This document shows positions 18,101-26,451 of a DNA stretch of 60,303 nucleotides, piece by piece. A program made the translations under genes and the position numbers. The stretch comes from an uncultured virus (IMG/VR IMGVR_UViG_3300013121_000043). Its lineage: Duplodnaviria > Heunggongvirae > Uroviricota > Caudoviricetes. The number at the start of each line of letters is the position of its first letter. Within the stretch, counting starts at the first letter, position 1. The notes beneath the pieces were generated by a model. It had not been told where the DNA came from. It made no database searches and saw nothing but the letters and a program-made list of their open reading frames with translations. The stretch lies in the IMG/VR virus record IMGVR_UViG_3300013121_000043; one strand, 5' to 3'.

Positions 18101-19850
18101 CGGCTACCGCTACTACCTGAAACTGCACCACCTCAGCGAGTCCAAGGGCTCGGCGCGCGGCCTGGGCAGCTACACCGCCGAGGGGCTGCCGGCCCGTGGC
18201 TCCGAGGAGGGTCAGCAGGCCAAGAAGGTGGCGATGATGGACGTGTCGGCGCTGCTGTCGCACTCGGCACTGTCCGTACTGCGTGATAACAAGCTGGTGC
18301 GCGGCAACCAGAATCTCGAGTACTGGACCACGCTGATGTCGGGCAACCGCCCGGCCACGCCACCCGTACCGTTCATGTACGAGAAGTTTATCAACACCCT
18401 GCGTGGCTCGGGTATCAACGTGCAGCGCAAGGGCAATCAGCTCCATCTCATGGCTCTGAGCAACAAGCACCTGGAGGAGCTGGCCGGGGATCGTGAGCTG
18501 AAGAATGTCGAGACGGTGGACTGGAAGGATGGCATGAAGCCGATTCCCGGCGGTCTGTTTGACCCCGGTCTGACCGGCAGCCACGGAGGTAACCGCTGGG
18601 CCAAGATCACCCTGCATGAGCCGCTTCCCAACCCCGTGTTCGAGGAGCCGATTCGCCGCCTGCTCAACCTGACGCAGAAGCAGTTTGAAGCGGTCCTGGC
18701 CGGGGAGGAGAAGCTGGGCGAGCAGACCGGTCCCAGGGCGATCGCCCACGCCCTGGAAAAGATCGATCTGGACAAGGCGATCGAGCAGGCCCGGGCCGAC
18801 ATCGCCTCGGGACGCAAGACCTACCGCGATGCGGCCATCCGCCGCCTGGGCTACCTCAAAGGAGCCAAGAACACCAACACCCACCCGCGGGACTGGCTGC
18901 TCAAGGCCGTGCCCGTGCTGCCTCCCATCTTCCGACCGATCTCGATCATGCAGGGCAGTGGGGGTCAGCTGGTGGCTGATGCCAACCTGCTGTACAAGGA
19001 TCTGTTTGAAGCCAACCAGGTGCTGCGTGACATGTCCGGTCGCGTGGACGATCTGCGCGACGAGCGCCGTAACGTGTACAACGCCTTCAAGGCCGTGGTC
19101 GGCCTGGGCGACCCGGTGAACCCCAAGACCGCCGAGAAGAAGGCCCAGGGGTTACTGGCCCAGCTGCTGGGCAGCAGTCCCAAGCACTCCTGGCTACAGC
19201 AGAAGCTGATCGGCACGCCCGTCAACCTGGTCGGTCGCGCCGTGGCCACGCCGGACACCAACCTGTCGATGGACGAGCTGGGCATCCCCGAGAAGCAGGC
19301 ATGGACGGTGTACAGTCCGTTCATCGTCCGTAACCTGGTGCGCAAGGGTGTGGGTCGCACCCAGGCCCTGGAGTACGTGGAAAAGAAGCATCCCACGGCA
19401 CGCAAGGCGATGATCGAGGAGATGGAGGCCAGCCCGGTGATCATGACCCGGGCCCCGGTGCTGCACCGTTACGGTCACATGGCGTTCTGGCCCAAGCTGG
19501 TCAAGGGCGATACGCTGCGCACCAGTCCGCCGATCACCAAGGGTTATGGTCTGGACTACGACGGCGACACCATCAACTGGCATGTTCCCGTGGAGGAGGA
19601 GGCCCGACGCGAGGCCGCACTCAAGATGCTGCCCAGTCGTAACCTCTTTGCCGTGGCCGATTTCAAGTCTCCTGTCTACGCTCCAACCATGGAGTTTCTG
19701 GGTGGAGCCTACCGGCTGAGCACGGCCAAACCCAGCGGCGGTACACCCCGCGTCTTTGCCACCATGGCTGACTTCAAGCGGGCCTGGCAGGCCGGGGAAC
19801 TGGGTCCGGAGGACACCGTCCATATCGTGGATTCCTCTGCTAAAAAGTAA
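15168..19850 (+). CDS. rpoBC: Phage multisubunit RNA polymerase: beta fused to the N-terminal half of beta'
   Basis: Beta motifs GTFILNGTE, DKLSGRHGDKGV, NPLGVISRGNPGQ and YYLKLHH. Beta' motifs GGLFD, VPVLPPIFRP, TRAPVLHR and the catalytic DYDGD. Likely start is ATG 15168. Confidence 0.95.
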   Translation: MSSFLDGLTPPEPSPLPELATPQPAVVPPAPAISPTPGPGVLPLSLASDSGIPPRMDDPGARNALVNALARALSRNPRRGFRPSQPRPQGGGVENDGAPPGVTLRDFADPHAVRYGIYDRVLAAAFKVRPVENSRYRLQLGDISWAEPAEFSYKQQKEAILGGRSLHRRLKGTYQLVDKATGKTVDSRDTTLAHVPYYTHRGTFILNGTEYTMGHQMRLRSGVYTRVKESGELEVHWNTLPGRGLSHRYHLEPESGIFKLNIGQANLPLMPLLKAMGVSDKELQAAWGKELYQKNQEQDNPNLLDKIYQRLAGNRGKTGLSHEDRRKYVVERFQQMELDPEVTQHTLGKPFTHITKDAMLAATTKLLKVSRGEERSDDRDDLTFQHFYGPEDLLAEPLERNAVPLQKMLWKATNHGNLRSLGPGLMTPAVQSAIFGSGLAAPAEEVNALDIFDAQTRVSRMGRGSIQDIDAIPDSARQVHPSQVGFIDLSRTSESLKIGVDLRLAHRARKGSDGKIYTPLLDPKTGREVYRSPQDIARSVLAFPGELDSNRPMVVALQHGRTVYVPRNKVDYALPHMENAFSPITNLVAMKSQVNPQRVSMGSRFLIQSLALREAEAPFVQPRVPGSDKSFYEHYGRHAGNVHAREEQGGRVVRVSPEEIVVRYDDGKEKTHELYNHLPYNRKSFIHNTPLVRQGDRIEPGQLLAHSNYTDKTGTIAMGKNLRVAYLAFPGPGGEANYEDAFVLSESAARKLESEHAYQHAQEWDETYKRGKKNFISIFPTTFDRKKLETLDEDGVIKPGTVVKEGDPLILAVKQKERTHKQLHGGHKSGWSDHTQLWEHHSDGIVTDVFKSDKGTNVVVKSYMPTQEADKLSGRHGDKGVVRIVKDDQMPHDENGQPFDIIANPLGVISRGNPGQVVEAILGKITAKTGIPYKIDDFDGANEDMIEWAMREAEKHGVSDLETVIDPMTGRKIPNVLTGYRYYLKLHHLSESKGSARGLGSYTAEGLPARGSEEGQQAKKVAMMDVSALLSHSALSVLRDNKLVRGNQNLEYWTTLMSGNRPATPPVPFMYEKFINTLRGSGINVQRKGNQLHLMALSNKHLEELAGDRELKNVETVDWKDGMKPIPGGLFDPGLTGSHGGNRWAKITLHEPLPNPVFEEPIRRLLNLTQKQFEAVLAGEEKLGEQTGPRAIAHALEKIDLDKAIEQARADIASGRKTYRDAAIRRLGYLKGAKNTNTHPRDWLLKAVPVLPPIFRPISIMQGSGGQLVADANLLYKDLFEANQVLRDMSGRVDDLRDERRNVYNAFKAVVGLGDPVNPKTAEKKAQGLLAQLLGSSPKHSWLQQKLIGTPVNLVGRAVATPDTNLSMDELGIPEKQAWTVYSPFIVRNLVRKGVGRTQALEYVEKKHPTARKAMIEEMEASPVIMTRAPVLHRYGHMAFWPKLVKGDTLRTSPPITKGYGLDYDGDTINWHVPVEEEARREAALKMLPSRNLFAVADFKSPVYAPTMEFLGGAYRLSTAKPSGGTPRVFATMADFKRAWQAGELGPEDTVHIVDSSAKK

Positions 19851-19867
19851 GGCGAAGCCTGGCAATA
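19841..19867 (+). promoter_or_regulatory. Cassette promoter motif (copy D)
   Basis: TAAA 19841-19844, N16, GGCAATA 19861-19867; overlaps the end of the RNAP gene. Confidence 0.75.
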
Positions 19868-19903
19868 TCGGGTAGGTCCCGGGTTCCTCATTGGAGGGGG
19901 AAC

Positions 19904-20104
19904 ATGTTCCAGGAGTCGTTACAGTCTCTGCTTGAGGCGCTGTTGCCCGAAGACAGAGACTGGGCAGAGCTGTTGGTACAGTGTAATCCGCAGTCAGCCC
20001 GGGAGGAGATCCAGGAGCGACTGCGGGCCATGTACTGGCGTCCGCCCGTTTTCCAGCATGAGGATAAAAATGAGAAAAGAAACGTCGGAAGGGTCACAGC
20101 CTGA
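19904..20104 (+). CDS. Small hypothetical protein (cassette D)
   Basis: 66 aa with GGAGG RBS. Confidence 0.55.
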   Translation: MFQESLQSLLEALLPEDRDWAELLVQCNPQSAREEIQERLRAMYWRPPVFQHEDKNEKRNVGRVTA

Positions 20105-20549
20105 GCTGTGGCGTGAGGAAATGCCGTTCACGCAGGCCAACGTCTGTCTGTCGACAGAGCTGGTCGACCTTTTGCTTACTTATGGTAAGCAAATGGGACT
20201 CGATCTCACAGCCACGATGACGGTGGTGCTGAACGAGCACTACCGGGATATCCTGGGAGAGATCGTGGATCGGGTTGGCATGTTCCAGGCCGCCGGACAG
20301 ATCGCCCGGGTGCAGCTGTTCCACGAGCTGTCCCGGCAGGAGGAAGACATCCTCAATCTGGCCACGCCCGCCAGGCTGGACGAGGACGAGCCTTTTGGCA
20401 TCGAGCGGCTGAGTGAGTTCGTCCGACTCCTCGCCGACATAAAAAAAGAAAGAGACGTACCAGCGCGTCTCACGGCAAAGGCGCTACTGGCCTATGCCAT
20501 TCGCTGTCGTAGCATCGTCCACCAGCTCCTGATGTTGCAGAGAAAGTAG
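20070..20549 (+). CDS. Hypothetical protein (cassette D)
   Basis: GAGGA RBS and ATG at 20070; 159 aa. Confidence 0.65.
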   Translation: MRKETSEGSQPELWREEMPFTQANVCLSTELVDLLLTYGKQMGLDLTATMTVVLNEHYRDILGEIVDRVGMFQAAGQIARVQLFHELSRQEEDILNLATPARLDEDEPFGIERLSEFVRLLADIKKERDVPARLTAKALLAYAIRCRSIVHQLLMLQRK

Positions 20550-20554
20550 TGTTA

Positions 20555-20602
20555 CACGGCTGTTCCCGCCCAGGGGAACAGCCGTGCTCTTTTTTAGCCA
20601 TC
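20555..20602 (+). terminator. Terminator plus cassette right-end motif (D)
   Basis: CACGGCTGTTCCC/GGGAACAGCCGTG, then TTTTTTAGCCATC. Confidence 0.8.
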
Positions 20603-20659
20603 CCACCGTTGCTTTATCATGGAGGCAGAGGTTTCTACTCCGACTTTGAGGGCCGTACC

Positions 20660-21421
20660 GTGGGTCTCAACCGTACACTTTTGACGCTGGCGCAGCGGCG
20701 TTTGCAAAAACAGGCTGTCTCTCCCCCGGGCGGTGCTCCCCCCGGAGGTGCGCCTCCGATGGATCCGGCCATGATGGGCGGTGGTGGCATGCCACCCATG
20801 GATCCGGCCATGATGGGTGGCGGTGGCATGCCGCCGATGGACCCGGCCATGATGGGTGGTATGCCACCCATGGATCCAGCCATGATGGGCGGTATGCCTC
20901 CTCCTCCGCCTCCGCCACCCGCTCCGGGTGGGCCTAGTGGCGCGCCCGATATCGCCAGTATCGTCAGTCAGGCGGTCCAGCAGGCGATGCAGAACAACGG
21001 CGGTATCGCCGGGCCGGCCCAGGCCGCGGGTGGCAAGCCACCCAAGCCCGACATCAACATGGTGGCCACCGACGTCTTCCAGATCAAGAAGCTCCTGCAG
21101 GATCTGTATAACCGCAACGGCTGGCCGCTACCGGAGGGGATTCTCGACGGTCCCGGACGCGATCCCATGACCGGCATGCCCACGGCCTCCCCCATGGGCG
21201 GCTCGGATCCTGCGGGCAGTCCACCGCCCGGACCGCCTCCGGAGTCGGCCATCAGTCCGATCGGGCCCATGGAAGGAGCATTCCCGACCCCTGGTCAGGG
21301 CAAGAGCGCCCAGGCCAACCACCCTCCGGTCGGCAGTAGCTTCGCACCCACGGAAAGTTTTGCCTCGCGGGCCCAGGCCGTAGCCCGTCTGTTCCAGCGG
21401 CGTAAACAGCATGTGGCTTGA
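20660..21421 (+). CDS. Pro/Gly/Met-rich low-complexity protein
   Basis: Likely GTG start at 20660; leader ends in QKQA; tandem PPMDPAMMGG(GG)M repeats. Confidence 0.7.
   Translation: MGLNRTLLTLAQRRLQKQAVSPPGGAPPGGAPPMDPAMMGGGGMPPMDPAMMGGGGMPPMDPAMMGGMPPMDPAMMGGMPPPPPPPPAPGGPSGAPDIASIVSQAVQQAMQNNGGIAGPAQAAGGKPPKPDINMVATDVFQIKKLLQDLYNRNGWPLPEGILDGPGRDPMTGMPTASPMGGSDPAGSPPPGPPPESAISPIGPMEGAFPTPGQGKSAQANHPPVGSSFAPTESFASRAQAVARLFQRRKQHVA
20753..20900 (+). repeat. Coding tandem repeat (4 x PPMDPAMMGG[GG]M, 33-39 bp units)
   Basis: Repeated ATGGA(T/C)CC(G/A)GCCATGATGGG units. Confidence 0.9.
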
Positions 21422-21659
21422 ACTTCATGATCGGCTGACGGCACCCCTGCGCATACCCGCCACGCGTGTGGTGGTCTATGACGAGCACCAGAACCCGGTG
21501 GCGTTCCTGCTCCAGCTGGGTCCTGGGCATCTGCGCATCTGTCGGGTGGGTGAGCCAGAGTTTGACGAACTGAGGCGGCTGCACGGCATCCAGCAGACCG
21601 TGGTGGTGACTCAGCACGATCTGGCCAAGCTGCCGCCCCTGCCGGTACGGGGGAAGTAA
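21411..21659 (+). CDS. Hypothetical protein
   Basis: 82 aa; abuts the beta' C-half gene. Confidence 0.7.
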   Translation: MWLELHDRLTAPLRIPATRVVVYDEHQNPVAFLLQLGPGHLRICRVGEPEFDELRRLHGIQQTVVVTQHDLAKLPPLPVRGK

Positions 21660-23579
21660 ATGCTCAAGGGAACGGCCGGACAGCTGATCTTACAGAGTGT
21701 GCTGCCCGAGGACATGCGCCAGCCCGATCGTGTGCTGGACAAGAAGGGTATGAGCAAGCTGCTGACCGAGCTGGCCCAGAAGCATCCGGACCAGTACAGC
21801 CAGGTACTGCACCAGCTGATGCGCGTGTCCCACCAGGCGGCCTACTGGACCAACGCCCAGTCGTTTGGTCTGAAGCACTTGCGCGGCGATCCCAGCGTGC
21901 GTAAACTGCGTCAGGAGCTGCAACAGCAGACGGAAGCGATCTGGAATAACAGCCGGCTATCGGACAGGGAGAAGGAGGCCAGGATTGTTACTCTGTCCTC
22001 TGAATATCAGAGCAAGATCGAAGCCGCCACGTTTGCAGCCGCGCAGGCTGCCCAGAACCCTCTTGCCGAACAGGTCGTCTCTGGATCACGTGGTAATAAA
22101 ACCCAGCTCAATACCCTACTTGGAGCACCGGTACTTTATACCGATCATAACGGCGACCCCATCCCCTTCCCTGTATTACGGTCTTTTTCCGAAGGTCTGC
22201 GGCCATATGAGTATTATGCTAGCACCTTCGGCGCTCGCTCCGGTCTGATTGATACCAAGCTCTCCGTGGCCGACACCGGCTTTCTCAGCAAGCAGTTTGT
22301 CCAGGCGGCACACCGTCTCCTGGTCTCGGCCATTGATGCCGACAAGGAAGACGATACCGTACGCGGCTTCCCCGTGTCGGTGGACGATCCCGACAACGAG
22401 GGTGCGTACCTGGCCCAGCCCGTGGGTCCCTACAAGCGCAATACGCTCCTGACACCGGCCATTCTCAGCGATCTGCAAAAACAGGGAGTCAAGCGTCTGC
22501 TGGTACGCTCGCCCACGGTGGGTGGACCTGCCGACGGGGGTGTCTACAGCCGTGACGTGGGGATGCGCGAAAAGGGACGACCGGCTCCCCTGGGCGATTT
22601 TGTCGGCGTGGCCGCGGCCCAGGCTGCCTCGGAGGCGCTGACCCAGGGTGCCCTTAGCTCCAAGCACTCCGCCGGCGTGGCCGGAGCCAACAAGTCAATG
22701 ACCGGGTTTCATCTCATCAACCAGCTCATTCAGGTGCCCAAGACGTTCACCGGCGGGGCCAGCCACGCCCGACTGGACGGCAAGGTCGAGAAGATCGTGC
22801 CGGCTGCCCAGGGCGGTCACTACGTTCGCGTGGGTGGTGTGGAACATTACGTTGGTCAGGGGTTTGACATCACCGTCAAGCCTGGCGACGAGGTGGAGGC
22901 GGGCGACGTCCTCAGCGATGGGATTCCCAACCCTGCCGAGGTGGTGCGCTACAAGGGGATCGGCGAGGGTCGTCGCTACTTCACGCAAACAATGCTGGAT
23001 GCCTACAGGCGCTCGGGCATCACGGCGCACCGCCGTAACCTGGAGCTGATTGCGCGCGGGCTGATCAACCACGTCCGACTCAAGGATGAGTTTGATGAGT
23101 TCGTCCCCGAGGATGTCATGCAGTACAGCCACCTGGAACATCGCTGGCAGCCGCGCGAGGGACACCAGGTGGTCGATCCACGCCAGGCCCGTGGCTGGTA
23201 TCTGGAAAAGCCGGTGCTGCACTATTCGGTCGGTACGCCGATCCGTCCCAGCGTGATCAAGAACCTGCAGGAGTTCAACATCAAGCAGATCGCGGCCCAC
23301 CGCGAGCCGCCCCCGTTTGAACCCGAGATGGTCCGTGGTCTGGAAAACCTCACCCACGACCCGGACTGGCAGACACGCTTCCTGGGCAGCTACGTCAAGA
23401 AGAACCTGCTCAAGGGAGTTCATCGTGGCGATGTCTCCGACGAGCGTGGCACCAGTTATGTCCCGTCGCTGACCCGTGCCGTGGACTTCAACAAGTGGCC
23501 GCCGGTCAAGGGTTACTCGACCGAGGAGCATGGTCCGGTCAAGCGACCGATCCATCTCTCTCCGGAAGTGGACAGCTAA
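21660..23579 (+). CDS. rpoC: RNA polymerase beta' C-terminal half (bridge helix, trigger loop)
   Basis: SGSRGN; SFSEGL..YEYYASTFGARSGLIDT....DTGFLSK (bridge helix); GVAAAQAASEALTQGALSSKHSAG (trigger loop); VEAGDVLSDG. Confidence 0.93.
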   Translation: MLKGTAGQLILQSVLPEDMRQPDRVLDKKGMSKLLTELAQKHPDQYSQVLHQLMRVSHQAAYWTNAQSFGLKHLRGDPSVRKLRQELQQQTEAIWNNSRLSDREKEARIVTLSSEYQSKIEAATFAAAQAAQNPLAEQVVSGSRGNKTQLNTLLGAPVLYTDHNGDPIPFPVLRSFSEGLRPYEYYASTFGARSGLIDTKLSVADTGFLSKQFVQAAHRLLVSAIDADKEDDTVRGFPVSVDDPDNEGAYLAQPVGPYKRNTLLTPAILSDLQKQGVKRLLVRSPTVGGPADGGVYSRDVGMREKGRPAPLGDFVGVAAAQAASEALTQGALSSKHSAGVAGANKSMTGFHLINQLIQVPKTFTGGASHARLDGKVEKIVPAAQGGHYVRVGGVEHYVGQGFDITVKPGDEVEAGDVLSDGIPNPAEVVRYKGIGEGRRYFTQTMLDAYRRSGITAHRRNLELIARGLINHVRLKDEFDEFVPEDVMQYSHLEHRWQPREGHQVVDPRQARGWYLEKPVLHYSVGTPIRPSVIKNLQEFNIKQIAAHREPPPFEPEMVRGLENLTHDPDWQTRFLGSYVKKNLLKGVHRGDVSDERGTSYVPSLTRAVDFNKWPPVKGYSTEEHGPVKRPIHLSPEVDS

Positions 23580-23603
23580 AAAAACACCAGAAGTGTGGCA
23601 ATA
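23577..23603 (+). promoter_or_regulatory. Cassette promoter motif (copy E)
   Basis: TAAA 23577-23580 (includes the rpoC stop codon), N16, GGCAATA 23597-23603. Confidence 0.75.
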
Positions 23604-23607
23604 CTCT

Positions 23608-23823
23608 GTGAGGGAGTTAGCACACACCGCTCCCTCGCCCCGGTGGGATAATTATCCTGTCCCACCGGGGATTTGCCCTTCCTACTGCAGCGTCCCTCAC
23701 GGCGCAAGGCAGTAGGCGGGCAGCGGCCGGACACGACACCGTAGTCCGTAAGGACTGTGTCCGGCCGCCTATTTTCTGCAGACCAGGAGCCACCCACGGT
23801 GGTAGCTCCTGGTCTTTTTTTTT
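23608..23823 (+). ncRNA. Putative structured ncRNA of about 215 nt (cassette E)
   Basis: No ATG between promoter and terminator; five consecutive hairpins, including AGTCC-GTAA-GGACT (GNRA loop). Confidence 0.55.
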
Positions 23824-23830
23824 AGCTATC
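23781..23830 (+). terminator. Terminator plus cassette right-end motif (E)
   Basis: GACCAGGAGC...GCTCCTGGTC, then T9 and AGCTATC. Confidence 0.8.
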
Positions 23831-23898
23831 AGCCCTTTGTTTTATCATGAAGCTAGCCTGCCACTTCTGCTCCTCTCTTCTCTTCCGGAGCTTCTCGC

Positions 23899-26418
23899 AT
23901 GTCTGTTATCCGGATCCTCCCCCGTGATCGTGCCCTGGCCGAGCTGCGCGCCCTGCAGCGTCCACGCCAGTATTTTCTGGAGAAACGCTCGGCGCTGGAT
24001 GGCTCCCAGGAGACTGGTTTTGAGCAGGCGCTGTCGACCCTGGGCCATTCCTACATGGCCGAGAAGGCTCCCAAGCTTCTGCCCTACGAGCTAGGGTTCC
24101 AGCTGGTGGAGAAGAACGACGACGGTACCCGGGCCGTGGGTATCTTTGCCTTCAAGGTCGGTACACAGTTTCTCTACGCCCCGGTCTTCTATCTCAACGG
24201 CGACCTCAAGGGGCACGAACTTCTTTACATCAAGAACCAGGATCTGTTCGTACCGTTACGAGACGACTGGGTCACCTACCTGCTCGGGCGCAAGCCCCTG
24301 GACCTGGGTGATAACGTCAACCGCAACCTGGCCAGCCTGGGGGTCCAGGGTCCCAACTTCTACCAGCTGGCGCGCTCCCCGCAGAAATACGCCTCGGTAC
24401 ACGAGGACTGGAAGCAGGCAGCTCTGGCCGAGGTGGCGCACTTTGCCACCACCTCTCCCAGCGTCGCCTTTGCCGGCAAGCCGTTTGATTTGGGTCAGTT
24501 CGTCAAGACCGCGGGTAGCTGGGCCTATCGTGGTCTGCTCCAGCTCTGCCAGGCTCGACCCACCCTGGTCCAGGAGGTGGATCGCTACCATCCCGGCCTG
24601 CTGGAAGAGGGAGCACGGCTTTACGGTGCCCAGGCCAAGCAGGCGTCCGTACGCCGCTGGGACAGTGGGGCCACTCCCCGGGACGTCCTGTCGCGCGTGC
24701 GTGTGGAGAAGATCGAATCCGGCCAGGACGCCCTGGATGCCATCCCCAGCTACACCCGTAACGAGATGCCGCATCGCCGCCGGCAGCGCTCGCTGCTGGA
24801 GACCATGGAGCAGGGAGCCCAGACCAAGCAGGCGGGTAAGCGCAAGGGCAAGGTCGAAGCCTACATGGACGATGGTCCGGATGTGCGCGACCTGACCGCT
24901 CCCGAAAAAGAACAGCTGCTGCGCAAGCGCTACTACATTCGCGACAGTCGGGACGACGAGGAGATCAACAAGGCCTACGACACCACGGTACCGCTGCGGC
25001 TGCACAACCCGGATGAGACCAACCTCTACCAGGTACTGCTGGCTCCCGACCGCTTTGCCACCTGCCTGGTACTCATGCACCCCTACTCCAACCACGGGCG
25101 ACACCATCTCTGCACCGTGATCGAGCTAGAGAGCAAGCGCTGGTGCAACACCCACCCCACCAACGTCTGGGTACGTGCCAGTGGCAGCAAGGAGTCGTTC
25201 CAGAAATGGTACGACGATCTCCCCGAGCCCGATGGCGATCCCGGCGGCCTGGTGGTGCTGCTCACGGCCAACGGCGAGGGTACGGTTCCGTTTCGTCTCA
25301 GTGAGCGTCATGGCAGCGTGGTCAACGCCGAGAACAGCGGCCTCTGGGAGGTCAGCTTCCGGCACTACGCGGCCTCGGAAAGTGATGGTCTGAGCACCAT
25401 CCGGGATCATAACAGTCCCTTCTTTACCTATTCCAGCGAGCGCTACCCGAGTGCCGAGCGTGTGCGCTTCACGGGCAAGACAGGTGGGCGCATGGCCGTG
25501 CGCGGTCGGGGCGAGCTGTGGGTACCCGCCGATATCAAGATCCTGAAACTCCCGGGCAAGCCCGGTGTCTCCAGCGACGAGGACTGCTGTGCTCCCTGCG
25601 AGTACACGTCGGAGCCAGGACCCCTGGAGCCAGGTAACCTTGCCGATGTCCAGCTGCTGCTGCACGACACCACCTACCCCCTGCAGGTCACGGCGCGCAA
25701 GGAGCAGGTGACCCTGAAAAGCGGGGCGGCGCAGACTCCGGTCCTGACCCCCGAGCAGGCGATCGTTGCCCTGGTTACCCAGCACAACCTGCGCGAGAAG
25801 ACCGCTGCGGCCCTGGTGCAGCGTGCCCAGGAGCGTGGTGCGGTGTACTGCCGGGTCAAGGCGGCCAACACCACCGCCAACATGATCACGGAAGCGCCGT
25901 CGGCTCCTGGCTTTCCCGAGATGCCGGTGGGCTACGATCCCATGACTGGTGGTCGCTATCCCACCCAGGAGGCGACCAGCTGGGCCCTGCCTGTCAATGA
26001 TCTATTGACCAATCTCAACAACCGTGAAGCGTACAACCCCCTGATCCCTCCGGACCACTCGGCGCTACAGTCCGTGGAGCAGGCGGCCCAGACCGGCCAG
26101 CGCGAGATCTTTGACACCGCGGCCCTGGGTAGTCTGCTCAAGAGCGTGCGCGATGACAGTGTGATTGACCGCTATCTGCCCGAGCTCCTGAAGGGGATGA
26201 ACGCCCTGGGTCGGCTGCTGTTCTCCTTCTACTGGCACCAGGATAACTTCGCCGACCGCTACGGCAAGGCGGATCTGCGCGAGATCGAGGATGGTCTGCG
26301 TAACGCCTTTGAAAGCATTGGCGAGATTCTCCTGACCCTGAAAGCACGTACGGTCAACCCGGCCCTGGACGAGGGTCTGGGTTCGGATGACTCCCTGGAG
26401 GACGTGGCCAACGTCTGA
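23899..26418 (+). CDS. Large putative head/internal virion protein
   Basis: 839 aa in the head module; at least seven K-x-A motifs. Confidence 0.65.
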   Translation: MSVIRILPRDRALAELRALQRPRQYFLEKRSALDGSQETGFEQALSTLGHSYMAEKAPKLLPYELGFQLVEKNDDGTRAVGIFAFKVGTQFLYAPVFYLNGDLKGHELLYIKNQDLFVPLRDDWVTYLLGRKPLDLGDNVNRNLASLGVQGPNFYQLARSPQKYASVHEDWKQAALAEVAHFATTSPSVAFAGKPFDLGQFVKTAGSWAYRGLLQLCQARPTLVQEVDRYHPGLLEEGARLYGAQAKQASVRRWDSGATPRDVLSRVRVEKIESGQDALDAIPSYTRNEMPHRRRQRSLLETMEQGAQTKQAGKRKGKVEAYMDDGPDVRDLTAPEKEQLLRKRYYIRDSRDDEEINKAYDTTVPLRLHNPDETNLYQVLLAPDRFATCLVLMHPYSNHGRHHLCTVIELESKRWCNTHPTNVWVRASGSKESFQKWYDDLPEPDGDPGGLVVLLTANGEGTVPFRLSERHGSVVNAENSGLWEVSFRHYAASESDGLSTIRDHNSPFFTYSSERYPSAERVRFTGKTGGRMAVRGRGELWVPADIKILKLPGKPGVSSDEDCCAPCEYTSEPGPLEPGNLADVQLLLHDTTYPLQVTARKEQVTLKSGAAQTPVLTPEQAIVALVTQHNLREKTAAALVQRAQERGAVYCRVKAANTTANMITEAPSAPGFPEMPVGYDPMTGGRYPTQEATSWALPVNDLLTNLNNREAYNPLIPPDHSALQSVEQAAQTGQREIFDTAALGSLLKSVRDDSVIDRYLPELLKGMNALGRLLFSFYWHQDNFADRYGKADLREIEDGLRNAFESIGEILLTLKARTVNPALDEGLGSDDSLEDVANV

Positions 26419-26451
26419 GTCTGGTTTTTTGATGCCAATAACGAGGCGCAC

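Noticed and set aside
15477..19865. Long minus-strand ORFs (402, 485, 223 aa and others)
   Set aside because: Antisense shadows of the RNAP gene produced by GC-rich codon bias.
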